Part shown: positions 9,145 through 18,239 of the stretch, piece by piece
Numbering within the stretch: position 1 is the stretch's first letter
Layout of the letters: each line of letters starts with the position of its first letter
Source: Pseudomonadota bacterium
Lineage (GTDB): Bacteria; Pseudomonadota; Alphaproteobacteria; Sphingomonadales; Sphingomonadaceae
Assembly: GCA_046733255.1 (NCBI GenBank)
Contig: JBKPOU010000029.1
Location: 5,714-69,713, forward strand
Direction: 5' to 3'
DNA: 64,000 bases
Made by a program: the position numbers and the translations under genes
The notes under the pieces: generated by a model
Databases searched by the model: none
Told to the model about the DNA's origin: nothing
The model's input: only the letters and a program-made list of their open reading frames with translations

Positions 9145-10452
9145 GTGGACTTCGCGCGGTCGGACAGCGTCGCGGTCCAGGCCCAGCTCGACCGGCTCGC
9201 CACGCTGTCGCCCGGCGGCGACCGGCTCGGGCTCGACCGGATTTCGCGCCTTCTCGAACGGCTGGGGCGCCCGCAGGACCGACTGCCGCCGGTGCTCCAC
9301 GTCGCGGGGACCAACGGCAAGGGTTCGACCTGCGCCTTTCTTCGCTCGATCCTCGAAGCAGCGGGGCACAGCGTCCACGCGTTCACGAGCCCTCACCTCG
9401 TCCGCTTCAACGAGCGAATCAGGATCGCCGGCAAGCTGATCGACGACGCACTTTTGGCGGCACTCCTGAAGGAAGTGCTCGACGCCAGCCAAGGCATCGA
9501 CCCGAGCTTCTTCGAGGCGACCACCGCGGTCGCCTTCCTCGCCTTTGCTCAGACCGCCGCCGATGCCTGTATCGTCGAGGTCGGCCTGGGAGGGCGCCTG
9601 GACGCGACGAACATCATCGAAAGTCCCCTCGTCTGCGGCATCGCCGGGCTTGGCATCGATCACAGTCAGTGGCTCGGCCGCACGGTGAGCGACATCGCCA
9701 TGGAAAAAGCTTCGATCGCAAAGCGTGGCGCGCCCTTGGTGACGCAACGCTATGTGTCCGCCGCAGCGCATCAGGTGCAGCGCAAGGCGGAGGAAGCGGG
9801 TACCCTCTGGATCGGTCGCGGAGCCTTGTGGGAAATGCGGGTCATTCGCGGGCGTATCCGATACCGCGACCGTGGCGGCGCGCTGGACCTGCCGATGCCA
9901 CGGCTTGCGGGACGGCATCAGGCGGAAAACGCCGCGCTCGCGGTGGCGATGCTCCGGCACCAGGACAAGCTGGCGATCCCCGACGAAGCGTTCGCGGAAG
10001 GGATTGGCAATGCCGACTGGCCCGCGAGGCTGCAGAAGCTCGGACCGGGCCCCCTCGCCAAACGCCTGCCGAGGGCCAGCGAAACATGGGTCGACGGCGG
10101 GCATAACGCGTTGGCGGCGCGGCTGATCGCGGATCACGTCCGCGAGCACTTCGCGCCCGACCTGCCCCTCGTCCTGCTGTTCGCAAGCCTGTCGACCAAG
10201 CATCCGCGCGCGATGCTGAAGCCGTTCCGCGGCCTCGCGGCGGAAGTTCACACCCTCCCGGTCCCCGATCACGACCATTTTCCTCCGGAGCAGCTGGCCG
10301 GCCTCGCGCGCGATCTCGGATTTGAGGCCACAGCCAACTCGACCCTGACCAATGCGCTGGAGCGGGTAAAACAACCCTCACGCGTGCTGATCTTCGGTTC
10401 GCTCTACCTCGCCGGCGAGGTACTGAAAGCCAACGAAGAAATCCCCGATTAG
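9145..10452 (+). CDS. folC: Bifunctional folylpolyglutamate synthase / dihydrofolate synthase
   Basis: HVAGTNGKGS, FTSPHL, EVGLGGRLDATN, DGGHN; GTG start at 9145 preferred. Confidence 0.96.
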   Translation: MDFARSDSVAVQAQLDRLATLSPGGDRLGLDRISRLLERLGRPQDRLPPVLHVAGTNGKGSTCAFLRSILEAAGHSVHAFTSPHLVRFNERIRIAGKLIDDALLAALLKEVLDASQGIDPSFFEATTAVAFLAFAQTAADACIVEVGLGGRLDATNIIESPLVCGIAGLGIDHSQWLGRTVSDIAMEKASIAKRGAPLVTQRYVSAAAHQVQRKAEEAGTLWIGRGALWEMRVIRGRIRYRDRGGALDLPMPRLAGRHQAENAALAVAMLRHQDKLAIPDEAFAEGIGNADWPARLQKLGPGPLAKRLPRASETWVDGGHNALAARLIADHVREHFAPDLPLVLLFASLSTKHPRAMLKPFRGLAAEVHTLPVPDHDHFPPEQLAGLARDLGFEATANSTLTNALERVKQPSRVLIFGSLYLAGEVLKANEEIPD

Positions 10453-11819
10453 GCCCTGGCCGGGACCTCCTCGTCCGGATGCTCGGCGCGGACGTCGCCA
10501 CTGCCCGCCTTCCCGGCGCTTCCTATCGAGCTGTCGATCATTCCCATGCGCATCATGATCCAGAACAGAACGATTCCCGGGACCGCGGCCACGGTCGTCA
10601 GCAGGTAGAAATTCACATAGCCCATGGCCTCGATGAGCGCGCCGGCGGTCGTGCCGGTGAGGAACCGGCCGACAACGCTCGCTGCCGCTGAAATCAGCGC
10701 ATATTGGGCTGCCGTGAAGCGCAGGTCGCAGAGCGCAGAGAAATAGGCGACAACGGTGACTCCGCCGATGCCGCTCGCGACATTCTCGAAGCCGATCGCA
10801 CCGGCCATCCCGATATTGCTGTGACCGCTCGCGGCGAGCAAGGCGAAGCTGAAGTTCGAAACGGCCATCAGGATGAGGCTGATCAGTACCGACCGCTTCA
10901 TGCCGAGCTGAGCGTACAGGATCCCGCCTATGAAGATCCCGATCAGATAGGCCCAGAATCCCAGCCCGACATCGTAGAGCGCGATTTCGTCATTGCTGAA
11001 ATGCAGGTCGTCGAACAGCAGCCGGAACGTCAAATTGGCGAGCGTGTCGCCGATTTTGTGAAGGAGGATGAACAGCAGGACGAGGAAAGCGCCCTTGCGC
11101 GCGAAGAACTCGACGAACGGTTTCCAGATCGCGGCGATGGTCCGCGAAATACCCTTCTTCTCGGCGGGCTCGCGGTGCCGCTTCGGTTCGCCGACCGCAA
11201 GCGCGGTAAGCATCGCCGGAAGCGCAAGCGCGGCGCAGGCCAGATAGGCGGCGTGCCAATCCGCGCGCGCTGCTACGACCAAAGCCAGCGCTCCGGCTCC
11301 CGCCGAGCCGATGCGCCAGCCATATTGCGACATGCCCGAGCCGACGCCGAGCTGCCGAGGCTCGAGGATTTCGATCCGGAAAGCGTCGATCACGATGTCG
11401 AAAGTCGCTCCGGCGATACCGACGAGGATCGCCGCCGTAACCGTCGCTCCGAGGCTCGCAGAAGGATCTACGAGGGCGAGATTGACGACCGCGGCCATGA
11501 CCAGGACCCCGGCCAGCAGCATCCACGAGACGCGTTGGCCGAGACGGCCGAGGACCGGAATCCGGACCCCGTCGACGACCCACGACCAGAGCGGCTTCAA
11601 ATTGTAGATGAGGAAGGCGAGCGTGAAGGCGGTGATGGTCGACTTGTCGATGCCGTCCTGCTTCAGCCGGGTCGTCAGCGTCGCGCCGATCATCGCGTAG
11701 GGGAAGCCGGAAGAAATGCCGAGGAAGAGCGCCGCGATCGGCGCGACCTCGGTATAAGGTCGGACACCAGCCGGCAGCGCATTCCGCCAGCTCCGATCCG
11801 CTTCCGATTGTGCTGCCAT
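10449..11819 (-). CDS. ampG: AmpG family muropeptide MFS transporter
   Basis: LFLGISSGFP, LKPLWSWVVD, GATFDIVIDAFRIE, AQYALISA. Confidence 0.9.
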   Translation of the reverse strand: MAAQSEADRSWRNALPAGVRPYTEVAPIAALFLGISSGFPYAMIGATLTTRLKQDGIDKSTITAFTLAFLIYNLKPLWSWVVDGVRIPVLGRLGQRVSWMLLAGVLVMAAVVNLALVDPSASLGATVTAAILVGIAGATFDIVIDAFRIEILEPRQLGVGSGMSQYGWRIGSAGAGALALVVAARADWHAAYLACAALALPAMLTALAVGEPKRHREPAEKKGISRTIAAIWKPFVEFFARKGAFLVLLFILLHKIGDTLANLTFRLLFDDLHFSNDEIALYDVGLGFWAYLIGIFIGGILYAQLGMKRSVLISLILMAVSNFSFALLAASGHSNIGMAGAIGFENVASGIGGVTVVAYFSALCDLRFTAAQYALISAAASVVGRFLTGTTAGALIEAMGYVNFYLLTTVAAVPGIVLFWIMMRMGMIDSSIGSAGKAGSGDVRAEHPDEEVPARA

Positions 11820-11929
11820 GTGCCGCCCCTCGCTTGTTCGCCGTCACTGCTTAACAGCCCGGACGCGGGTGAACAGGGGGTGAGCGCGACCCTCTTGCGG
11901 GTCCGCCGAGTTGAGCGCACCACTCACCC

Positions 11930-13087
11930 ATGGACGCACCAGCATCCACCCTTCGGCCGAGCGCCGGACAGCGCGCCCTCGCCGACACGCTGGCTCGCGG
12001 CGAAGCGGCTCTCGGAACCGAAGTCCTGGAACTCGACGCGAGCGTCTATACCGATCCAGATCGCTTCGAAGCCGAACGTCGCGAAATATTTGCCAGGTTG
12101 CCGCTGGTGGTCGCGCCGTCTGCCCTGCTCCCCGGGCGCAAGCGCGCATTCACTCATGACGGGTTCGGAGTCCCGCTCCTCGTAACCCGCGACGGAGACG
12201 GCGAGGTTCACTTCATGGCGAACGTCTGCCGCCATCGCGGAACTCGGCTCGTCGACAGCGATGACGTTGTCCCCGCCAAGGGGATAGCCTGCCCCTACCA
12301 CGCCTGGACCTACGGGCCCGACGGCGCGCTGAAAGGCCTTCCCCGCGCGGAGTGCTTCCCGGGTCTCAGCAAATCGGAGCACGGCCTTGTCCATTTCGCC
12401 TCGGCCGAATCCGGAGGGTTGATCTGGTTCGCTGGCGAAGAGGCGGCCGATTTCTCAACGTGCCGCGACCTGGCGCCGGACTTCGACGCCTTCGCGCTCG
12501 GCCGGCAGCATCTCTACAGGCGCCACACGCACGAGGTGGCTGCGAACTGGAAGCTCGTCGTCGACGCTTTCCTCGAAAGCTATCATGTCCAGCGGCTTCA
12601 CGCCGGGACGATCGCCGACTTCTTCGCCGACGGAATCACAGCCGCCGATCATGTGGGGCCGCACCAGCGGGCGGCGGTCGGTCGCGCGGATTATCTCGCC
12701 GCCATCGACCGCGACGATTGGGCGCAGCTCCGTCGAGCCGTCACCTACACTTATTTCCTGTTTCCTTCGGCGATCCTCATCGTCAGCCCGGATTATGTGA
12801 ACCTGCTCGTCGTCATGCCGCAAGGCGTCCGCTCCTCGCTGGTCGAAGACTTCATGCTCATCCCCGAACCGCCATCGACTCCGGAAGCCGAGGGTCATTG
12901 GCGCAAGAGCTGGGAGTTGCTCGACGAAGGCACGTTCGGCGGCGAGGATTTCCGTGCGGCTGGACTATGCCAGCGGGGCCTCAATTCCGGACTCTTGCAA
13001 AAAGTCACCCTGGGCACTCTGGAAACCGGCATTGCCGGATTCCACCAGCGCGTCGAAGCGGCGCTTCAGCTTTCGACGCGAGGATAG
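11930..13087 (+). CDS. Rieske non-heme iron oxygenase alpha subunit (Glu-bridged, CntA/choline monooxygenase-like)
   Basis: Rieske motif CRH-x18-CPYH; mononuclear iron site ESYHVQRLH...ED; NWKLVVD. Confidence 0.88.
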   Translation: MDAPASTLRPSAGQRALADTLARGEAALGTEVLELDASVYTDPDRFEAERREIFARLPLVVAPSALLPGRKRAFTHDGFGVPLLVTRDGDGEVHFMANVCRHRGTRLVDSDDVVPAKGIACPYHAWTYGPDGALKGLPRAECFPGLSKSEHGLVHFASAESGGLIWFAGEEAADFSTCRDLAPDFDAFALGRQHLYRRHTHEVAANWKLVVDAFLESYHVQRLHAGTIADFFADGITAADHVGPHQRAAVGRADYLAAIDRDDWAQLRRAVTYTYFLFPSAILIVSPDYVNLLVVMPQGVRSSLVEDFMLIPEPPSTPEAEGHWRKSWELLDEGTFGGEDFRAAGLCQRGLNSGLLQKVTLGTLETGIAGFHQRVEAALQLSTRG

Positions 13088-13500
13088 AGGTCCAGCCCCT
13101 TCGGCGATTTCACCTGTTCGCCGGCAAGCACCTTGTCGACTGCCTCGAGAGCGTTCTTCAGCTGCCGCTCGGTGTAGGGCTTTTTCAGACAGCCGACCGC
13201 CACTTCCTTCGATTCGTCCGGAAGCTGATGGCCTGTCGCAAAGAGAACGGGAATCCCGCGGTGCTTGGCGGCTCGAGCGAGATCGATTCCGTTCCTCTTG
13301 CCGCTGAGTCTCAGGTCGCTGAGGATAAGATCGACGTCCTCGCTGTCGAGGCGCTCGATCGCGTCGGCGTACCTGTCGAGCGTGGCGACGACCTCATAGC
13401 CGAGGTCGGCCAGCATCACTTCATTGTCGAAAGCCGTCAGCGGCTCATCCTCCACGATGAGGATGCGCTTGACGATACGCTTACGCTTGCCGAACAGCAT
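13066..13500 (-). CDS. Single-domain response regulator (SdrG/MrrA-like receiver)
   Basis: ILIVEDEPL, LILSD (phosphoacceptor), FATGH, KKPY; ATG start at 13500. Confidence 0.88.
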   Translation of the reverse strand: MLFGKRKRIVKRILIVEDEPLTAFDNEVMLADLGYEVVATLDRYADAIERLDSEDVDLILSDLRLSGKRNGIDLARAAKHRGIPVLFATGHQLPDESKEVAVGCLKKPYTERQLKNALEAVDKVLAGEQVKSPKGLDLYPRVES

Positions 13501-13523
13501 CTTGCCCCCACGAGGAACACAAC

Positions 13524-14312
13524 TTGCCACCGCAACGAACGAAGCGCCATCCAGTGCCGCACAAAGGCGGGCGCTCGACAGACTCCAAAGACGGCGGGCC
13601 GCAGAGGATCGCGAAGCTCCTCGCCCGAGCGGGTGTCGCCTCCCGCCGCGAAGTGGAACGCATGATTGCCGAAGGCCGGATTGCGGTCGATGGCGAGACG
13701 TTGATCACGCCGGCGACCTTGCTGGAGAACCTCGGCGGCGTCACGGTGGACGGAAAGCCCGTCAAGGCGCCGCAGTCCGCGCGCCTGTTCCGCTTCTACA
13801 AGCCGCAGCGCGCGATCACGGCCGAGCGCGATCCGAAGGGTCGGCCGACGATCTACGACAATCTGCCCCAGGGGCTACCGAGGCTAATGCCGGTTGGCCG
13901 TCTCGACTTCATGACCGAAGGATTGCTGCTGCTCACCAACGACGGCGAGCTGAAGCGCAAGCTGGAGCTTCCGAGCTCCGCCGTCGTCCGCCGCTATCGG
14001 GCGCGGGCTTTCGGCGACGTCAGTCAGGCAGACCTCGAGAAGCTCGCCGAAGGGGTGACCATTGAGGGCATGCATTACGGGTCGATCAACGCGAATCTCG
14101 AGCGGCGAACGGGTCGCAACTGCTGGATCGAACTCAGCCTCACGGAAGGCAAGAACCGCGAAGTCCGGCGAGTCCTGGCCCATCTTGGACTGCAGGTGTC
14201 GAGGCTGATCCGGATCGCCTATGGCCCGTTCGACGTCGCCGGACTGCAGCCCGGCGACGTCGACGAGGTCCCGCGCGGACCGCTCGGCGCCTTCCTGCCG
14301 ACCCTCAAATGA
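13524..14312 (+). CDS. rRNA pseudouridine synthase (RsuA/RluB family, S4 domain)
   Basis: RIAKLLARAGVASRRE, PVGRLDFMTEGLLLLTNDG, EGKNREVRR; start codon uncertain. Confidence 0.93.
   Translation: MPPQRTKRHPVPHKGGRSTDSKDGGPQRIAKLLARAGVASRREVERMIAEGRIAVDGETLITPATLLENLGGVTVDGKPVKAPQSARLFRFYKPQRAITAERDPKGRPTIYDNLPQGLPRLMPVGRLDFMTEGLLLLTNDGELKRKLELPSSAVVRRYRARAFGDVSQADLEKLAEGVTIEGMHYGSINANLERRTGRNCWIELSLTEGKNREVRRVLAHLGLQVSRLIRIAYGPFDVAGLQPGDVDEVPRGPLGAFLPTLK
13534..13558 (-). promoter_or_regulatory. Candidate EcfG-type promoter for the response regulator
   Basis: GGCAC-N16-CGTT on the minus strand. Confidence 0.5.
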
Positions 14313-14848
14313 GGATCATCGCCGGCGAATGGCGCGGCCGGAAGCTCGTGGCTCCCGAGGGCAACGCAACGCGGCCGACCGGCGACCGCGTCCGCGAGAC
14401 TCTCTTTTCGATGCTTGCGAGCAGGCTGGGGTCGTTCGAGCAGCTTCGCGTTGCCGACCTCTACGCGGGAAGCGGTGCGTTCGGCCTTGAAGCGCTTTCG
14501 CGGGGCGCAGCCTTCGCCTGCTTCGTCGAGCAGGACGCACGAGCGCTGGCTGCCATCCGAGCGAATCTCGAATCCGTCGGAGCTTCCGAGCGAAGCCGAA
14601 TCCTCGCCCGGTCAGCAGACGCGCTCCCAGCCGGGGAGCCCTTCGATCTTGTCTTTGCCGACCCGCCTTATGGGGCGGGTTCAGGAACCGCGGCGCTGGA
14701 GCACATAGTGAAAGCCGGCTGGGCTTCGACCGGGACCTGGATCGCGATCGAAACCGAACGCGGAGAAATGGTCCGTTCGAAGGGGTGCACAGCCGATGCG
14801 GAACGCGACGTCGGCCGCGCTCGAATTACGCTCCTCCGCGCCTCTTAG
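14309..14848 (+). CDS. rsmD: 16S rRNA (guanine(966)-N2)-methyltransferase
   Basis: MRIIAGEWRGRKL, RPTGDRVRE, DLYAGSGAFGLEALSRGA, DPPY. Confidence 0.95.
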   Translation: MRIIAGEWRGRKLVAPEGNATRPTGDRVRETLFSMLASRLGSFEQLRVADLYAGSGAFGLEALSRGAAFACFVEQDARALAAIRANLESVGASERSRILARSADALPAGEPFDLVFADPPYGAGSGTAALEHIVKAGWASTGTWIAIETERGEMVRSKGCTADAERDVGRARITLLRAS

Positions 14849-15236
14849 CCTGTTTCGCCGCCTCGCGGATTTCGTCCCATTCGGCCGAAAGGCGCGCGGT
14901 CATGGCGGTGCCGGCAGCCTTGGCCGCAGTCTTCAGCGCCTGTTTCGACCCGCCCGCGGAACTCTTCGAAAGCCTGTGGTGAGTGAAGGATGCGAGTGCG
15001 GCCGCGGCCCCGGCCGCGAGGATGTCGGCAACAAGCGGGCTTTCCAGAAAACCCGTCAGTGCATCGGCAGCGTTCATCGACTCCTTGTTGGCCCGTTGCG
15101 GGGTACGCGAAGACGCTCGCTTTGCAGGCTTTGAGGACTTGCGCGCAGGGCTTTTCGCACTGGCGGCAGCAGTCGTCCGTCTCGAAGTCTTTGGCCTCTT
15201 TGCCTTCGCGGACCTTTTCGTCACCGTCTTCGCCAT
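14826..15236 (-). CDS. Hypothetical protein with H1-like basic N-terminus and Ala-rich hydrophobic helix
   Basis: 18 K/R and no acidic residue in the first 51 aa; ADILAAGAAAALASF; GAAAGG RBS. Confidence 0.7.
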   Translation of the reverse strand: MAKTVTKRSAKAKRPKTSRRTTAAASAKSPARKSSKPAKRASSRTPQRANKESMNAADALTGFLESPLVADILAAGAAAALASFTHHRLSKSSAGGSKQALKTAAKAAGTAMTARLSAEWDEIREAAKQAKRRGGA

Positions 15237-15267
15237 TTGGAAGCCTTTCGTTCTGCGGTGACGCTGC

Positions 15268-15507
15268 TTAGCGCCGATCCGCCTTTTGCGACATTTCCTT
15301 CTTTTGCCGGATGTGGGCGAGATACCGGAAGCCCATGCCCAATATTGAAGTCGCCATTCCGGCGATCAGCGCCGGCGGCACCCAGGCAGGATCGCCGGGT
15401 TTCGGCCACGCTATCGCGCCCAGCAGGAGCACGCTCACCATGGAGGTGAGATAGCCTGCCGCCTTCCAGTCCATCCCCGCGAAATCTTTGACGTCATCCT
15501 TCTTCAT
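15268..15507 (-). CDS. Small two-TM membrane protein (start 15507 or 15522)
   Basis: Two hydrophobic segments (YLTSMVSVLLLGAIAW and ALIAGMATSILGMGF) and a basic tail. Confidence 0.6.
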   Translation of the reverse strand: MKKDDVKDFAGMDWKAAGYLTSMVSVLLLGAIAWPKPGDPAWVPPALIAGMATSILGMGFRYLAHIRQKKEMSQKADRR

Positions 15508-15515
15508 AGGCTTCA

Positions 15516-15541
15516 GGAACATCCGTCAGCACCAATCGGTT
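15516..15541 (+). promoter_or_regulatory. Candidate EcfG-type promoter for the hemerythrin gene
   Basis: GGAAC-N17-GGTT followed by a short leader containing GAGGAGG. Confidence 0.5.
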
Positions 15542-15565
15542 TCTGCCGTCGAGGAGGAATTTTCG

Positions 15566-16075
15566 ATGGCCGAAACGAAACCGGACGCGATCGCGCTTCT
15601 GAAAAAAGACCATGACGAGGTCGAGGAGCTCTTCGAGCAGTTCACCAAGGCGAGCGGCGATGGCCGCAAGGAAAAGCTTGCCCGGCAGATCTGTCGCGAG
15701 CTGACCATCCACGCGATGATCGAGGAAGAAATTTTCTACCCGGCCTGCGACGGGAAGGTCGACGAGGACCTCCTGAAGGAAGGCTATGTCGAGCATGACG
15801 CCGCCAAGCTGATGATCGCGGAGATCGAGGCCGGAGAGCCGAGCGATGAATTCTACGACGCCAAGATGAAGGTCCTCTGCGAAGAAATCGAACACCACAT
15901 CGAGGAAGAAGAGAAAAGGATGGAAGGCCTGTTCGCGCAGGCGAAGAAGGCCGGGCTCGACATGGACGCGCTTGGCGAGCAACTGGCGCAGCGCAAGACC
16001 GAGCTCCTGGCGCAGGCGGAAGGCGGCAACTTGCCGAAGCCGGAGCTGACGACGATGGACGAGGCCAGCGCTTAA
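15566..16075 (+). CDS. Hemerythrin domain protein
   Basis: DHDEV, LTIHAMIEEEIFYP, VEHDAAK, HHIEEEE; ATG at 15566 after GAGGAGG. Confidence 0.9.
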   Translation: MAETKPDAIALLKKDHDEVEELFEQFTKASGDGRKEKLARQICRELTIHAMIEEEIFYPACDGKVDEDLLKEGYVEHDAAKLMIAEIEAGEPSDEFYDAKMKVLCEEIEHHIEEEEKRMEGLFAQAKKAGLDMDALGEQLAQRKTELLAQAEGGNLPKPELTTMDEASA

Positions 16076-16099
16076 AGAGACAGGCCTAAAAGGGCGGCG

Positions 16100-17455
16100 C
16101 TACTTTCCCGAAGCGACGCGGGAGTCGCCGCCCGGATCCAGATTGTAGATATCCTTGACGAAGGTCAGCTGCCCATTCTCGGGCTGGGCCGTCAGGTACG
16201 TCACATAGATCGGCACGCCGCGCGGCATCTGCTCGGGAAACTCCGCCTCGGAGCTTGCCGCCACCGGCGGATGGCCAAGCAGCCATGTCGCGAGGCGCGG
16301 CGCGTCCTCGAGCCTGATGCAGCCGTTGCTACGGGTGCGCTCGGAGTAGCTGAACAGCTTCCGATCCTCGTTGTCGGTATCGTGGAGGTAGATGCCCTCC
16401 GGGTTCTCGAACGGCAGCTTGAGCGCGCCCATGAAATTGTCGGGACCGGGATCCTGCCGGATACGAGGATTGAGCTTGCCGGCTTTGACCGCCTTCCAGT
16501 CGATCGAGCTCGCCGGCAGGATCGTGGCGTTCTTCGTCCAGTCCGACATGACGTTGTAGCCGCGATATTTGAAATATTTGTCGCCCTCGGCGAGATATCT
16601 CGGCGCGATGTTCTTGCGGACTAGGAAGTCCGGCGCGTTCCAGTAAGGGTTGTGGATCACGTAGAACATGACGCTCGTGACCAGCGGCGTCGGCATCCAG
16701 CGCGGGATGTACTTGTTATAGTCGCCGACGACGACCTTCATCGACCCCACGGGCACGTTGTTATCGTACATGTAGAGCATCTGGGTCGCCGAATTGACCA
16801 TCACGAACTTGCCCTTGGCGGGCATTCCGCGCGCCCGCTCCAGGTTGGCGACGACCCGCGGGTCGGCAATCGTCGAGCCGGTCGACTGCATCTGCTGCCA
16901 TGCGGCGTCGCGGATCCCGACATAGATGGAATTCGGGTTGGCGACCTGCAGGAGATAGGCCTGCAGCGACGGAACGGCCGATGCGAGCCGAAGCACTTCC
17001 GCGGCCGATGGCGGCTTCGGCCGCATATATTCGTAGCCGTAGATCATGTTCGGAACCGGCCGCTCCATCGCCTGCGCGTAGAGGACCAGGGCTTCCGACA
17101 GGGAATGCTCGGCATAGGAAATGGCTTGCGGATTGCCGCTCGCTGCCTGCTGCAGAGCTGCCTGCAGCTGCGTGGCATATTGCGGGCCTCCGGAGATGCC
17201 GTCGAGCGACGACCGCTGGATGATCTGGATGAGCTCGGCGGCCTCGGGCTTGGCAGCGTTCCCGTTGAACCAGATGGGAGCGTATCGCCAGCCGCGGTAA
17301 AATGCCTGGACCTCGGCCGAAGTCGGCAAGCCCGCCGACTGGTACTGCCCCTGGAGCAGCGCCATCGGAGCCGGGTCCGCCCCGCTGCTGGCTTCGGCAA
17401 TGCCGGGTTGAAAGACTAGCGCTGCAAGCGCGGCGGAAAGGATCCCCGTTTTCAT
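16100..17455 (-). CDS. L,D-transpeptidase (YcbB-like, exported)
   Basis: Signal peptide MKTGILSAALAALV...AEA; VVVG; IYLHDT...RSNGCIRL. Confidence 0.88.
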   Translation of the reverse strand: MKTGILSAALAALVFQPGIAEASSGADPAPMALLQGQYQSAGLPTSAEVQAFYRGWRYAPIWFNGNAAKPEAAELIQIIQRSSLDGISGGPQYATQLQAALQQAASGNPQAISYAEHSLSEALVLYAQAMERPVPNMIYGYEYMRPKPPSAAEVLRLASAVPSLQAYLLQVANPNSIYVGIRDAAWQQMQSTGSTIADPRVVANLERARGMPAKGKFVMVNSATQMLYMYDNNVPVGSMKVVVGDYNKYIPRWMPTPLVTSVMFYVIHNPYWNAPDFLVRKNIAPRYLAEGDKYFKYRGYNVMSDWTKNATILPASSIDWKAVKAGKLNPRIRQDPGPDNFMGALKLPFENPEGIYLHDTDNEDRKLFSYSERTRSNGCIRLEDAPRLATWLLGHPPVAASSEAEFPEQMPRGVPIYVTYLTAQPENGQLTFVKDIYNLDPGGDSRVASGK

Positions 17456-17540
17456 AATGTTTGGATAAATGAAGGGGTGGCGCTGAACAACGGATGAGCA
17501 ACCCGGAGTTTCGGCAAATCCTTGAAACAGTGACATGAAA

Positions 17541-17582
17541 GACTCACCGCGCCGACAGGCCGTGCTGCCGGCGCGGTAAGTC
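17541..17582 (-). terminator. 18-bp stem-loop between the two L,D-transpeptidase genes
   Basis: On the minus strand an 18-bp stem (two G-U pairs) with a 6-nt loop, followed by TTTC. Confidence 0.6.
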
Positions 17583-17599
17583 GTTGGGAGCTTACGCGC

Positions 17600-18151
17600 T
17601 TACGCCCCGATCAGAACCGTCGTTCCCACGTCCGTGGTGGTGTAGAGCTTCTTGGCGAAAGCCGTCGGTAGCCGGATGCAGCCGTGCGATGCGGGATGCC
17701 CGGGGTTGGGCCCGGCGTGCAGCGCCACGCCGTAGTCGGTAATGAACTGCGCGAAAGGCATGGGCGCGTTGTCGTATTTTTTCGAATGGTACATCGGCGT
17801 CTTCCCGAGCACCTGGAACACACCGGCAGGGCTTTCCTTGCCGTCCATGCCCGTCGAGATCGACGCCGCCGCGATCATCTGGTCGCCGCGATAAAGGAAG
17901 GCGAGCTGGTTATCGAGGCTGATGACCACGCGCTGGTCGCCGGCGACCTCATCGGCATCGTCGCGCCACACATAGTCGCCGGGTTCGAGGTAATCTCTTC
18001 CGAAAACCATCATCATGTCGGCCAGTGCTGCACGGGAGGCTGCCGAAGCCGTAACTCGGGCTTCGTAGCTTTGGGTTGCATGGGCAGGGAACGCCGGAAC
18101 AGCGAGCGCGAACGCGCCCGTTACCGCCAGCGCAAAAGCTAGCTGTTTCAT
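17600..18151 (-). CDS. L,D-transpeptidase (YkuD family, short, exported)
   Basis: Signal peptide; ISTG...SPAGVF; VALHAG...SHGCIRL. Confidence 0.9.
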   Translation of the reverse strand: MKQLAFALAVTGAFALAVPAFPAHATQSYEARVTASAASRAALADMMMVFGRDYLEPGDYVWRDDADEVAGDQRVVISLDNQLAFLYRGDQMIAAASISTGMDGKESPAGVFQVLGKTPMYHSKKYDNAPMPFAQFITDYGVALHAGPNPGHPASHGCIRLPTAFAKKLYTTTDVGTTVLIGA

Positions 18152-18239
18152 TTTCCATCACCTGAACTTTTATATTGACTTTCGCGGAATCAATGCTCCG
18201 CCGCCGAGTCGGGTTCCCCAGAGGGGCCTTTTACTTCCC

